From Burkholderiaceae bacterium (GTDB lineage Bacteria > Pseudomonadota > Gammaproteobacteria > Burkholderiales > Burkholderiaceae_E), in the NCBI GenBank assembly GCA_023954015.1, contig JAMLIS010000015.1, positions 9,726 through 73,725 of the forward strand: 64,000 nucleotides of DNA. The letters are read 5' to 3'. The notes beneath the pieces are model-generated. The model was given only the letters and a program-made list of their open reading frames with translations. It had not been told where the DNA came from and made no database searches. Position numbers and translations under genes: made by a program. Shown in pieces: positions 22,501 through 32,500 of the stretch (position 1 is the stretch's first letter; each line of letters opens with the position of its first letter).

Positions 22501-25038
22501 TCAGGCCGAGGTCGTCCGACCGGTCTGGCCGGCCGAGCCGTGCGGCTGCGTCCGTGCCGTCGGCGCCGGGCGGCGGCGCGGCGGCTCCTTCGCCTTGCGC
22601 GCGGCTTCCTCGCGCGCGCGCTGGATCGTGGTGTGCAACTGCGTTGCGCCGTTGTGGTATTGCACGGGCCAGCCGACGCCGCGGAAGTCGTATTCGGCCG
22701 CAGCGTGCAGCGTGAAATACGGGTCGGCCAGATGCGGGCGCGCGAGCGCGACCAGGTCGGCGCGTCCGGAGATCAGCAGCGTGTTCACCTGGTCGGCCGT
22801 CGTGATCGCACCCACGGCCACCGTGGCGATTCCCGCCTCGAGCCGCACCTGCTCGGCGAAGCTGGCCTGGTACATGCGTCCGTACACCGGCCGCGACGCG
22901 GGATCCGTCTGCCCGGTCGAGACATCGATGAGATCGCAGCCTGCCGCCTTCATCGCGCGTGCCATCTCGACCGTGTCGGCGCCCGTCGTGCCGCCCGGGA
23001 TCCAGTCGGTGGCCGAGACGCGAACGCTCAACGGCTTGTCCCTGGGCCACACGGCGCGCACCGCCTCGAGCACCTCGAGCGGGAAGCGCATGCGCGCAGC
23101 CAGCTCACCGCCGTAGGCGTCGCTGCGGCGGTTCGTGATCGGCGACAGGAAGCTGGCGAGCAGATAGCCGTGCGCCATGTGCAGCTCGAGCATGTCGTAG
23201 TCCGCGCGGTCGGCGAGAATCGCCGAGCGGCAGAACTGCTCGACGATACAGTCCATGTCCGCGCGCGTCATCTCGCGCGGCACCTGGTTCACGCCTTCGC
23301 GATACGGGATCGCCGACGGCGACAGCAGCGGCCAGTTCGCCTGTTCGCCGTGCTCCGGCAACGGCCAGTCGATCTGCTCCCAGCCCCGCTGGGTCGATCC
23401 CTTGCGACCGGCGTGGCCGATCTGCATGCACAACTTCGACCGGGTGTTCGCGTGCACGAAGTCGGCGATCCGACGGAACGCATCGGCCTGCTCGTCGTTC
23501 CACAAGCCGGTGCAACCGGGCGTGATTCGCCCCTCCGGCGACACGCAGGTCATCTCCACGAAGACGAGCCCCGCACCGCCGAGTGCGCGCGAACCGTAGT
23601 GCACGAGATGCCAGTCGCCCGGCATTCCGTCGACGGCCGAATATTGCGCCATCGGCGAGACGACGACGCGATTCGGCACCCACATTTCGCGCAGGCGAAA
23701 GGGGGCGAACATCGGCGGCGCCGACAGCCAGGACGGCTGTTCGGCGCCGGGCGCATCGTTGCGCCGCGTCGTACCGTTGCCGCGCACGGCGCCGTTGCCG
23801 CGCGCGGCGCCGTTGCCGGACCGTTCGGACGCCACCGGGATGCCGAGCGCTTCGGCCTGCTGCCGGTTCCACCACTCGGTGGCGCGCTCGACGAGCGCCG
23901 GATCGCGCAGCCGCAGGTTCTCGTAGGTGATCTGCTTGCTGCGTGTGAGCAGCGACAGCGCGAACTGCGTCGGATGCAGATGCCAGAAGCGCCGTACGTT
24001 CTCGAACCACACGAGCGAGACGTTCGCCGAGTGCTGGATGCGCGCGGCCTCGTCGTGGCGCGCTTCCTCGTAGGCGGCCAGCGCGCGTTCCATCGCCTGC
24101 GCCAGCGCCTGCCCGCGCAACGAGTCGTTCACGTGCGCGACGACGGCCGCGTGCAGCGCGATCGCATCCTCCAGCGCCAGCTTGGTTCCCGAGCCGATGG
24201 AGAAGTGCGCGGTGTGCGCGGCGTCGCCCAGCAGCACGAACTGCGTGTCGCCCTCGCGGTGGCGCCAGGTGCGACAGGAGATCGTCGGGAACTGGCGCCA
24301 GAACGACCGGTTGTTCAGCACGCGCGCGCCCTTCAGGTCGTCGGCGAACAGGCGCTCGACCCAGGCGACCGTGGCGGCTTCGTCCTCGACGCCCAGCCCG
24401 GATGCGAGAAAGGCTTCGTTCGTCGTCTCGATGACGATCGTGCACTCGCCGGGCCGGTACTGATAGGCGTGCATGTTCCAGATGCCGCCGTGCTCGTCCT
24501 CGCGAAAGCTGTAGTAGAAGCAACCGGGCAGCGACATCTTCGCGCCGAGCCAGACGAAGCGGTTCGTGCGCTGGTCGACGGAAGGTTCGAAATCGGCCTT
24601 CCATGCTTCGCGCACCGCACTGTTGATGCCGTCGGCGGCGACGACCAGATCGGCGCCCAGGTGCGTGTGCGCGCCCGGATCCTCGGTGCGATAGCGCACG
24701 TCGATGCCCAGCTCGGCGCAGCGCCGCTGCAGGATCCGCAGCAGCGCGAGCCGGCCGATGCCCGAGAAGCCGTGCCCCGACGACTTCATCAGGTTGCCCT
24801 TGTACTGGATGTGGATGTCGTCCCAGTACGCGAAGTCTGCGGCGATCGCGCGATGCGTCGGTTCGTCGGACGCTTCGAGATGGCCGAGCGTCTCGTCCGA
24901 AAGCACGATGCCGAAGCCGAAGGTATCGTCGGGGCGATTGCGCTCGACGACGTCGATGCGCGAGCCCGGGAACGATTTCTTCAGCAGGATCGCGGAATAC
25001 AGGCCGGCCGGTCCGCCGCCGATGACGTCGATACGCAT
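22501..25038 (-). CDS. Bifunctional FAD monooxygenase / Old-Yellow-Enzyme-type reductase (salicylyl-CoA 5-hydroxylase / 2-aminobenzoyl-CoA monooxygenase-reductase family)
   Basis: 845 aa. The N-terminus MRIDVIGGGPAGLYSAILLKK...RPDDTFGFGIVLSD is an FAD-binding hydroxylase. The C-terminal half (VVSPMAQYSA...LELHMAHGYLLASFLSP) is an OYE/NADH:flavin oxidoreductase. Confidence 0.85.
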   Translation of the reverse strand: MRIDVIGGGPAGLYSAILLKKSFPGSRIDVVERNRPDDTFGFGIVLSDETLGHLEASDEPTHRAIAADFAYWDDIHIQYKGNLMKSSGHGFSGIGRLALLRILQRRCAELGIDVRYRTEDPGAHTHLGADLVVAADGINSAVREAWKADFEPSVDQRTNRFVWLGAKMSLPGCFYYSFREDEHGGIWNMHAYQYRPGECTIVIETTNEAFLASGLGVEDEAATVAWVERLFADDLKGARVLNNRSFWRQFPTISCRTWRHREGDTQFVLLGDAAHTAHFSIGSGTKLALEDAIALHAAVVAHVNDSLRGQALAQAMERALAAYEEARHDEAARIQHSANVSLVWFENVRRFWHLHPTQFALSLLTRSKQITYENLRLRDPALVERATEWWNRQQAEALGIPVASERSGNGAARGNGAVRGNGTTRRNDAPGAEQPSWLSAPPMFAPFRLREMWVPNRVVVSPMAQYSAVDGMPGDWHLVHYGSRALGGAGLVFVEMTCVSPEGRITPGCTGLWNDEQADAFRRIADFVHANTRSKLCMQIGHAGRKGSTQRGWEQIDWPLPEHGEQANWPLLSPSAIPYREGVNQVPREMTRADMDCIVEQFCRSAILADRADYDMLELHMAHGYLLASFLSPITNRRSDAYGGELAARMRFPLEVLEAVRAVWPRDKPLSVRVSATDWIPGGTTGADTVEMARAMKAAGCDLIDVSTGQTDPASRPVYGRMYQASFAEQVRLEAGIATVAVGAITTADQVNTLLISGRADLVALARPHLADPYFTLHAAAEYDFRGVGWPVQYHNGATQLHTTIQRAREEAARKAKEPPRRRPAPTARTQPHGSAGQTGRTTSA
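23768..23821. repeat. 18-nt in-frame tandem repeat (about 3 units) in the interdomain linker of the bifunctional enzyme
   Basis: The core (a/g)ccgttgcc recurs at 23773, 23791 and 23809, a period of 18 nt (extended to ccgttgccgcgc in the first two copies). It encodes GNGAARGNGAVRGNGTTR. Confidence 0.8.
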
Positions 25039-25128
25039 GAGGTCTCCACCTGTGCGACGCGCGCTTGCGCATCTTTCGTGGCGCGCTCCCGATTGCGCTT
25101 CCTCGCGAATCGCACCGGTTGCGCGCCG

Positions 25129-25166
25129 GTTGCTTCAAGTTTAAAGTAATTTTCCGAGGAAGCAAC
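25129..25166 (+). promoter_or_regulatory. AT-rich-loop hairpin abutting the ridA ribosome-binding site, in the divergent promoter region
   Basis: gttgcttc (25129-25136) pairs with gaagcaac (25159-25166). The loop is 22 nt and AT-rich (aagtttaaagtaattttccgag). The AGGAG SD follows at 25167-25171 and the ATG is at 25180. Confidence 0.3.
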
Positions 25167-25179
25167 AGGAGACCATCGA

Positions 25180-25599
25180 ATGCACAGGACCGTCCTGCAG
25201 CCCGCGGGCTGGACCAAGCCGCGCGGCTATGCGAACGGCATCGCGGCGCGCGGCACCGTCGTGTCGGTAGCCGGACAGGTAGGCTGGAACGAGCGCTGCG
25301 AGTTCGAAACCGACGACTTCGTCGGACAGGTGCGCCAGGCGCTCGCCAACGTGCGTGCGGTGCTCGCCGAGGCGGGCGGCGGCCCCGAGCACATCGTTCG
25401 GATGAACTGGTACATGACCGACCGCAACGACTACCTTGCCGGCGGCAAGGCACTCGGAGCGGCGTACAAGGAGTCCATGACCGATGCGGAAGGGACGGTC
25501 CACTATCCGGCGATGACGGCCGTACAGGTGGTCGCGCTGATGGAAGCGCGCGCCCGGATCGAGATCGAGGTGACGGCGGTGGTGCCGATCGCCCTGTGA
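25180..25599 (+). CDS. RidA/YjgF family enamine/imine deaminase
   Basis: 139 aa: GYANGIAARGTVVSVAGQVGWNE...IVRMNWYMTD...ARIEIEVTAV is a typical RidA fold sequence. Confidence 0.9.
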   Translation: MHRTVLQPAGWTKPRGYANGIAARGTVVSVAGQVGWNERCEFETDDFVGQVRQALANVRAVLAEAGGGPEHIVRMNWYMTDRNDYLAGGKALGAAYKESMTDAEGTVHYPAMTAVQVVALMEARARIEIEVTAVVPIAL

Positions 25600-25613
25600 G
25601 GGGCCCGGCGTCG

Positions 25614-26441
25614 CTACTGCACCAGCGGCGAATCCGCAGCGTCGAGATCGACGCCTTCCAGCACCGCGTCGCCGGCGAGCACGCGCACGTACTGCCGCAA
25701 CGCGGTGATCCAGCTGTGCCGGCGCAGCGCCGCCTCGACCGCGTCGCGCACCTCGTCGAACGCCGGCGCCTCGCCCGCGTCGCGCCCGAGCACCTCGACG
25801 ATGTGCAGTCCGAAGCGCGAGCGCACCAGCTGCGAAAGCACGCCGATGCCCGGATGACCGAAGATTTCGCCGGCGAATTCCGGCGCGCAGTCTTCGCGCC
25901 GCAACCAGCCGAGATCGCCGCCGTGCTCGCTGCTCGGGCAGTTCGAGTAGCGGCGAGCCGCCGCCGAGAAAGCCTCGTCGGCCTCGGCGCCGGGCTGGCA
26001 GCTGCGCAACTGCAGCAGCAGCGGCTCGGCATGCGCGAGCAGCGCAGCGACGTCGACGCCCGGCGTCACCGCGAACAGCACATGACGCGCACGGACGCGC
26101 TCGCCGCTGCCGTAGCGCTCCGGATGTTGCGCATGCAGTCGCCGGCACGCCTCCTCCGATGGCTCGGGCACGCGCAGCTCCCGCTCGAGCAGCGTCTCGA
26201 TCGCGAGCACGGCCGCTTCGCTGGGCACGCCGTCGTCGCAAGGCGGGTCCTCGGCGGCGAGCAGGCCGGCGCGCTGCGCAGCCTGGCGCAGGAGTTCCGT
26301 GCCCGCACGCTGGCGCAGCGTCTCGCCGTCGAGCGCTTCGCCCGGCCGATGCAAGGCCCGGCCGTTCACGCGAGCGACGCGCGCGTCGTCGGAATGCCGA
26401 CTTGCAGGCCCGTCGTCGCCGGCGACCGGCCGGTTCACCAT
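25614..26441 (-). CDS. PpiC/parvulin-type peptidyl-prolyl isomerase (NifM-like), associated with the nar operon, copy 1
   Basis: VRARHVLFAVTPG...NCPSSEHGGDLGWLRREDCAPEFAGEIFG...SRFGLHIVEV. It starts 16 nt after the narI stop. A PpiC-type gene after narI is known from Pseudomonas and Burkholderia nar loci. Confidence 0.8.
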   Translation of the reverse strand: MVNRPVAGDDGPASRHSDDARVARVNGRALHRPGEALDGETLRQRAGTELLRQAAQRAGLLAAEDPPCDDGVPSEAAVLAIETLLERELRVPEPSEEACRRLHAQHPERYGSGERVRARHVLFAVTPGVDVAALLAHAEPLLLQLRSCQPGAEADEAFSAAARRYSNCPSSEHGGDLGWLRREDCAPEFAGEIFGHPGIGVLSQLVRSRFGLHIVEVLGRDAGEAPAFDEVRDAVEAALRRHSWITALRQYVRVLAGDAVLEGVDLDAADSPLVQ

Positions 26442-26457
26442 CGTGCCCCCGCCACGG

Positions 26458-27189
26458 TCACATCCCCGTGCCGCGACGCGTCGGCTCGGGCGGCACGTCG
26501 GGAATCGAGATGCGCCGGCTGCGCACCACCTGGTACGGTCGGAACGCGTAGTAGAGCGTGGCGAAGCCGCTCCAGATATGCACGAGCCGCGTGAACGGCA
26601 GGATCAGGAACACCGTCATGCCGATGATCATGTGCAGCTTGAACACCCAGCTGGTCGGCGCGACGAGCCCCGGCTGCGGCTGCAGCACGACGATGCTCTG
26701 CGCCCAGTGCGCCAGCACCGTCATCATCGAACCGTCGAGGTGCTGCGCCGACAGCGGGATCGTCGCAAGCCCGAGCAGCAGCTGGATCCAGAACAGGCCC
26801 AGCACGACGTAGTCGCGAGTGCGCGATTGCCTTCGCACGTGCGGCACGCTCATCCGGCGCGCGAGCAGCATCGTCGCGCCGACGATCGCCGCCACGCCGG
26901 CGATTCCGCCCGTGACCATCGCCAGCACCTGCTTGGCGGGCGCACCGATCACCACCGAATACACCGAGTGCGGCGTCAGCATGCCGAAGAAGTGTCCGAA
27001 GAACAGGAACAGCACGCCGACGTGAAAGAGATTGCTCGACCAGCGCAGATGCCCGCGATCGAGCAGCTGCGACGACTCGCTGCGCCAGGAGTATTGCGCG
27101 GAATCGAAGCGCACGAGGCTGCCGAGGAAGAACACCGCCAGGCAGATGTACGGGTACACGCCGAAGAAGAAGAGATCGAATCCGCTCAT
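26458..27189 (-). CDS. narI: Respiratory nitrate reductase gamma subunit, copy 1
   Basis: 243 aa from MSGFDLFFFGVYPYICLAVFFLGSLVRFD... It has the haem-ligand context LFHVGVLFLFFGH and PFTRLVHIWS. The start overlaps the narJ stop as ATGA. Confidence 0.93.
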   Translation of the reverse strand: MSGFDLFFFGVYPYICLAVFFLGSLVRFDSAQYSWRSESSQLLDRGHLRWSSNLFHVGVLFLFFGHFFGMLTPHSVYSVVIGAPAKQVLAMVTGGIAGVAAIVGATMLLARRMSVPHVRRQSRTRDYVVLGLFWIQLLLGLATIPLSAQHLDGSMMTVLAHWAQSIVVLQPQPGLVAPTSWVFKLHMIIGMTVFLILPFTRLVHIWSGFATLYYAFRPYQVVRSRRISIPDVPPEPTRRGTGM

Positions 27190-27968
27190 CTCGAAGCTCC
27201 TGGATCCGGGGCGGGCCGCAACGCGTCGCCGCGCCTTCGCACGACGTGGATCGGCTGGGGGACACCGGGGCGACTCTGTCCGGCGAGCGAGCAGCCGTCG
27301 AAGGCCGGCGGCTCGGCCCAGGTCGCATCGAGCGGAGGCTCGACGCTGGCGTCGAAGGGGGACTCGACGCTGGCGTCCAAGAATGATTCCCCGCTGGCGG
27401 GGACGGATCCGACCGCCTGCACCGCCGGAAGATCGACGTGCGCGACGCGCTCGCCCGCCAGCTCGATCGCCCCGCCGATCGCCGCCGAGTACCGGCTGCC
27501 TCGACGCGCCAGTGCTGCGTGCAGCGTGGCGAGGATCGGCGCGGTCTCGCGCAGGAACGAACGCGCGATCTCCGGCGACTGGGTCGATGCGAACTCGAGC
27601 ACCACCGGCAGGTAGTCCGGAAGCTCGCCTTCGTCCAGGTACAACCCGGCCGTCTCGTAGGTGCGCGCCAGGTCGACCATTGCCTGGCCGCGGCTGCGCG
27701 AGTCGCCGTGCACGTGCTCGAAGAGCCACAGCGAAGTCGAGCGTCCGCGGTCGAAACAGTCGACGTAGGCTTCCTGCAGCTCGTAGCGGTCGGACGCCGC
27801 GAGCCAAGCGACGAGCCCGGCGAGCGCGGCGCGCGCGCCGGACGAGAATGCGGACTCGGCCTGCAGCGCGGCCTGCAAGCCGGGCAGCTGCGCACGCAAC
27901 GCGTCGTCCGGATAGCCGAGCAGCCGTGCGAGCGCGCGGCAGCTCAGCGGGTTCATGGCAGCCTTCAT
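27186..27968 (-). CDS. narJ: Nitrate reductase molybdenum cofactor assembly chaperone, copy 1
   Basis: YELQEAYVDCFDRGRSTSLWLFEHVHGDSRSRGQAMVDL...LPDYLPVVLEF. An alternative start exists at 27956. Confidence 0.88.
   Translation of the reverse strand: MKAAMNPLSCRALARLLGYPDDALRAQLPGLQAALQAESAFSSGARAALAGLVAWLAASDRYELQEAYVDCFDRGRSTSLWLFEHVHGDSRSRGQAMVDLARTYETAGLYLDEGELPDYLPVVLEFASTQSPEIARSFLRETAPILATLHAALARRGSRYSAAIGGAIELAGERVAHVDLPAVQAVGSVPASGESFLDASVESPFDASVEPPLDATWAEPPAFDGCSLAGQSRPGVPQPIHVVRRRGDALRPAPDPGASR
27337..27384. repeat. 24-nt in-frame direct repeat (2 units) in the narJ copy 1 C-terminal tail
   Basis: ctcgacgctggcgtc occurs at 27339 and again at 27363. It encodes DASVESPF/DASVEPPL. 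Confidence 0.7.
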
Positions 27969-27981
27969 GCGCGCGCCCGCC

Positions 27982-29508
27982 TCACAGCCTCGCCTTGATC
28001 GGAATCGTGCGCCGCCCCGGCGTTCCGAACAGGCTCGTCGACTCGCTCGATCCGGACGAGCACCCGTCGCCGAACGAGAACCCGCAGCTGCCCTTCAGCT
28101 CGAAGGCGTTCTCCGCGTATTCGCGGTGCGTCGTCGGAATCACGTACCGATCCTCGTAGTTCGCGATGCCGAGCAGCCGGTACATATCCTCGGCCTGCTC
28201 TACGCTCATGCCGACCTGCTCGAGCACGGCCACGTTGTCGCGCTGCTCGATGCGGCGCTCGCGATGGAACGAACGCATCGCGATCATCCGCTCGAGTGCG
28301 CGCGCGACGGGTGCGGTGTCGCCGGCGGTGAGCAGGTTCGCCAGGTACTGCAGCGGGATGCGCAGCGACTCGACGTCGGGCAGCTGCCCGCGCATCGCCA
28401 GTTCGCCTGCGTTGGCCGCGGACGAGATCGGCGACAGCGGCGGAACGTACCAGACCATCGGCAGCGTGCGGTATTCCGGGTGCAGCGGCAGCGCGATCTT
28501 CCAGTCGATCGCCATCTTGTAGGCGGGGCTGCGTTGCGCGGCCTGGACCCATGCGTCGGGAACGCCGTCGGCGCGCGCCTGCGCGATCACTTTCGGATCG
28601 CGGGGATCGAGAAACAGCGCGAGCTGCGCCGGATAGAGGTCGCGGTCGTGCTCGACGCTGGCCGCCGCCTCGATGCCGTCGGCGTCGTAGAGCAGCACGC
28701 CGAGATAGCGGATGCGCCCGACGCAGGTTTCCGAGCAGACGGTGGGCTGCCCGGCCTCGATGCGCGGATAGCAGAAGACGCACTTCTCGGCCTTGCCGCT
28801 CTTCCAGTTGTAGTAGATCTTCTTGTACGGACAGCCCGAGACGCACATGCGCCAGCCGCGGCACTTGTCCTGGTCGATGAGGACGATGCCGTCCTCCTCG
28901 CGCTTGTAGATCGATCCCGACGGGCACGAGGCCACGCAGGTCGGGTTCAGGCAGTGCTCGCAGATTCGCGGCAGCGAGATCATGAAGGTGTTCTGGAACT
29001 GCCCGTACATCTCCTTCTGGATGTCGTCGAAGTTGCGGTCCTTCGAGCGCTTGGCGAACTCGCCGCCGAGGATCTCCTCCCAGTTCGGACCCCACTCGAT
29101 CTTCTGCATGCGCTCGCCGCTGATCAGGCTGCGCGGCCTCGCCGTCGGTGAGGTCTTCATCTCGGGCGCCTCGTGCAGGTGCGTGTAGTCGTAGGTGAAA
29201 GGCTCGTAGTAGTCGTCGATCTGCGGCAGGTACGGGTTGGCGAAGATGCGCATCAGCAGCGCCCACTTGCCCCCCTGGCGCGGAACGATCGAGCCGTCGG
29301 CCCTGCGCATCCAGCCGCCCTTCCAGCGGTCCTGGTTCTCCCATTCCTTCGGATAGCCGATGCCGGGCTTGGTCTCGACGTTGTTGTACCAGGCGTATTC
29401 CTGGCCCTCGCGGCTCGTCCAGACGTTCTTGCAGGTGACCGAGCAGGTGTGGCAGCCGATGCACTTGTCGAGGTTCATCACCATCGCGATCTGCGCGCGG
29501 ATCTTCAT
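27982..29508 (-). CDS. narH: Respiratory nitrate reductase beta subunit, copy 1
   Basis: 508 aa from MKIRAQIAMVMNLDKCIGCHTCSVTCKNVW, with several Fe-S Cys clusters (CEHCLNPTCVASCPSG, CRGWRMCVSGCPY). The start overlaps the narG stop as ATGA. Confidence 0.97.
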   Translation of the reverse strand: MKIRAQIAMVMNLDKCIGCHTCSVTCKNVWTSREGQEYAWYNNVETKPGIGYPKEWENQDRWKGGWMRRADGSIVPRQGGKWALLMRIFANPYLPQIDDYYEPFTYDYTHLHEAPEMKTSPTARPRSLISGERMQKIEWGPNWEEILGGEFAKRSKDRNFDDIQKEMYGQFQNTFMISLPRICEHCLNPTCVASCPSGSIYKREEDGIVLIDQDKCRGWRMCVSGCPYKKIYYNWKSGKAEKCVFCYPRIEAGQPTVCSETCVGRIRYLGVLLYDADGIEAAASVEHDRDLYPAQLALFLDPRDPKVIAQARADGVPDAWVQAAQRSPAYKMAIDWKIALPLHPEYRTLPMVWYVPPLSPISSAANAGELAMRGQLPDVESLRIPLQYLANLLTAGDTAPVARALERMIAMRSFHRERRIEQRDNVAVLEQVGMSVEQAEDMYRLLGIANYEDRYVIPTTHREYAENAFELKGSCGFSFGDGCSSGSSESTSLFGTPGRRTIPIKARL

Positions 29509-32500
29509 CGCCTCGCCTCCTGCACGGCCGCGGCGGCGCCCGCCGACGCCGCAGCCGCGCCCGTCGGCACCGGCTCCGGAACGCCCGCCGGCGCGTCGAT
29601 CCAGTCGACGACGTCCATCTTGCGCAGCAGGACGAACTGGTCGCGATTCGAGCCGATCGTGCCGTAGTAGTTGAAGCCGTAGGCGAACTGCGCGTAGCCG
29701 CCGATCATGTGCGTAGGCTTCATCACCACGCGCGTGACCGAATTGTGGATGCCGCCGCGCAGGCCGGTGATCTCCGAGCCCGGCGTGTTCACGATCTTCT
29801 CCTGCGCGTGATACATCATCACCATGCCCTGCTGCACGCGCTGGCTGACCACCGCGCGCGCGGTCAACGCGCCGTTGGCGTTGAACAGCTCGATCCAGTC
29901 GTTGTCGACGATGCCGGCGCGCTGCGCATCGATCTCGCTCACCCAGACGATCGGCCCGCCGCGACTGAGCGTGAGCATGATCAGGTTCTCGGTGTACGTG
30001 GAGTGGATGCCCCACTTCTGGTGCGGCGTGATGAAGTTCAGCGCGATCTCCGGATGGCCGTTCGGACGCTTGCCGGCCACCGCGGCGAGCGACTTCAGGT
30101 CGACCGGCGGCCGATAGACGACGAAGCCCTCGCCGAAATCACGCATCCACGCGTGATCGAGATACAGATGCTGGCGCCCGGTGAGCGTGCGCCACGGGAT
30201 CAGCTCGTGCACGTTCGTGTAACCCGCGTTGTACGAGACCTTGTCGCTTTCGAGTCCCGACCAGGTGGGCGACGAGATGATCTTGCGCGGCTGCGCCTGG
30301 ATGTCGCGAAAGCGGATCCTCTCGTCGCCGCGATGCAGTGCCAGGTGCACGTGGCCGCGCCCGGTGACTTCGGAGAGCGCCTCCCACGCCTTGATCGCGA
30401 CGTGGCCGTTCGTTTCGGGCGCGAGCGTCATCACCGTCTCGCAGGCGTCGATGTCGGTCTCGATCTTCGCCAGCCCCGCGGTGGGGCCGTGCCGCACCGT
30501 GCCGTTGAGCTGGCGCAGCAGCTCGACCTCGTCTTCGGTGGACCATTGCAGTCCCTTGGAGAAATTGCCGAGCCGGCTCATCAGCGGCCCCAGGGAAACG
30601 TAGCGGCGATGCGTATTCGGATAGTCGCGCTCGACGACGTCGACGTGCGGCGCGGTGACGCCGGGCACGAAATCGCATTCGCCGCGCTTCCATTCGCGCA
30701 CGTCGAGCGCCTGGCCCAGTTCGGCCGGCGAGTCGTGCATCAGCGGGCGCAGGACGACGTCCTGCTCGACGCCGAGGTGGCCCACGCACAACTCGCTGAA
30801 GCGCCGCGCGATGCCCTTGTAGATGTCCCAGTCGCTGCGCGACTGCCAGACCGGGTCCACCGCCGTGGACAACGGATGGATGAACGGGTGCATGTCGGTG
30901 GTGTTCAGGTCGTTCTTCTCGTACCAGCTCGCGGTGGGCAGCACGACGTCCGAATGCAGGCAGGTGGTGCTCATGCGAAAGTCGAGCGTGACGAGCAGAT
31001 CGAGCTTTCCCTGCGGCGCGCGCTCGCGCCAGTCGACCTCCGCGGGCCGCGGGTCGCCCGGCGCGAGCTCCTCGCCGAGCACGCCGTTCTTCGCGCCGAG
31101 CAGGTGGCGCAGAAAATACTCGTGGCCCTTGCCCGAGGAGCCGAGCAGGTTCGAACGCCAGACGAACAGGTTGCGCGGCCAGTTGACCGGGTCGTCGGGA
31201 TCCTCGCAGCTCATCCGCAGCAAGCCGTCCTTAAGGCCGCGCGCGACGTAGTCGGCCGCCGACACGCCCGCGGCCTGCGCGTCGCGCGCGACGTGCAAAG
31301 GGTTGGTCGCCAGTTGCGGCGCCGACGGCAGCCAACCCATGCGCTCGGCACGCACGTTGTAGTCGATCACCGCGCCGCCGTGCTGCGCGGGATCGGCCAG
31401 CGGCGAGAGCAGTTCCTGCGGCCCGATCTTCTCGTAGCGCCACTGGTCGCTGTGCGCGTAGAAGAAGCTCGTGCCGCCCACCTGGCGCGAAGGACGCACC
31501 CAGTCGAGTGCGAAAGTGAGCGCGGCCCAGCCGCTTTGCGGTCGCACCTTCTCCTGTCCGACGTAATGCGCCCAGCCGCCGCCGCTCTGTCCGACGCAGC
31601 CGCACAGCACGAGCATCGAGATCGCGCTGCGGTAGTTCATGTCGCAGTGGAACCAGTGGTTCACGCCGGCGCCGATGATGATCATCGAGCGCCCCTGCGT
31701 CTTCTCGGCATTCGCGGCGAACTCGCGCGCGACGACGATCGCGCGATCGCGCGGCACGCCGGTGATCGCCTCCTGCCACGCAGGCGTGTACGGCACGTTC
31801 GCATCGTAGTCGGCAGCGGCCGCCGGATCGTCGATGCCGGGGCGGCGCACGCCGTAGTGCGCGACGAGCAGGTCGAAGACGGTGGCCACCAGCGCCTCGC
31901 GCCCGTCGGCCAGCCTGAGCCGGCGCACCGGCACGCGACGCAGCAGCACGTCGCCGCCCTGCTCGCTGCGCGGAAAATGCGGATGCGCATCGCCGCCGAA
32001 ATACGGGAAGGCGACCGTGGCGACTTCGTGCGGATGCGCGTCGTCGTCGAGCAGCGACAGCGTCAGGCGCACTTCGCGGCCTTCGCGCGCCTCGCGGTTC
32101 TCGAGGTTCCACTTTCCGAGATCGCCGCGATCCTTCGAACCCCAGCGAAAGCCAATCGAACCCTGCGGGACGACGACATCGCCGTTCTCGTCGAAGGCGA
32201 CCGTCTTCCATTCCGCGTTGTTGGACTGGCCCAGCGCGTCGGGGAAGTCGCTCGCCCGCAGCGTGCGTCCCGCGACGAAGGCGTCGGGGGCCGCGCCGGC
32301 GGGGCCGCGCGCAGCCGGATCGGAGCTCGCCGGCATCGCGTCGCCCGCGGCCTTCATCGGCTGCAGCTCGACCAGCATCGGCGAGTCGGTATAGCGGCGC
32401 GCGTAGTCCTCGAAATACGCGGCACGCCGATCGACGTAGAACTCCTTCAGGATCACGTGGCCCATCGCCATGCCCAGCGCGGCGTCGGTGCCCTGCTTCG

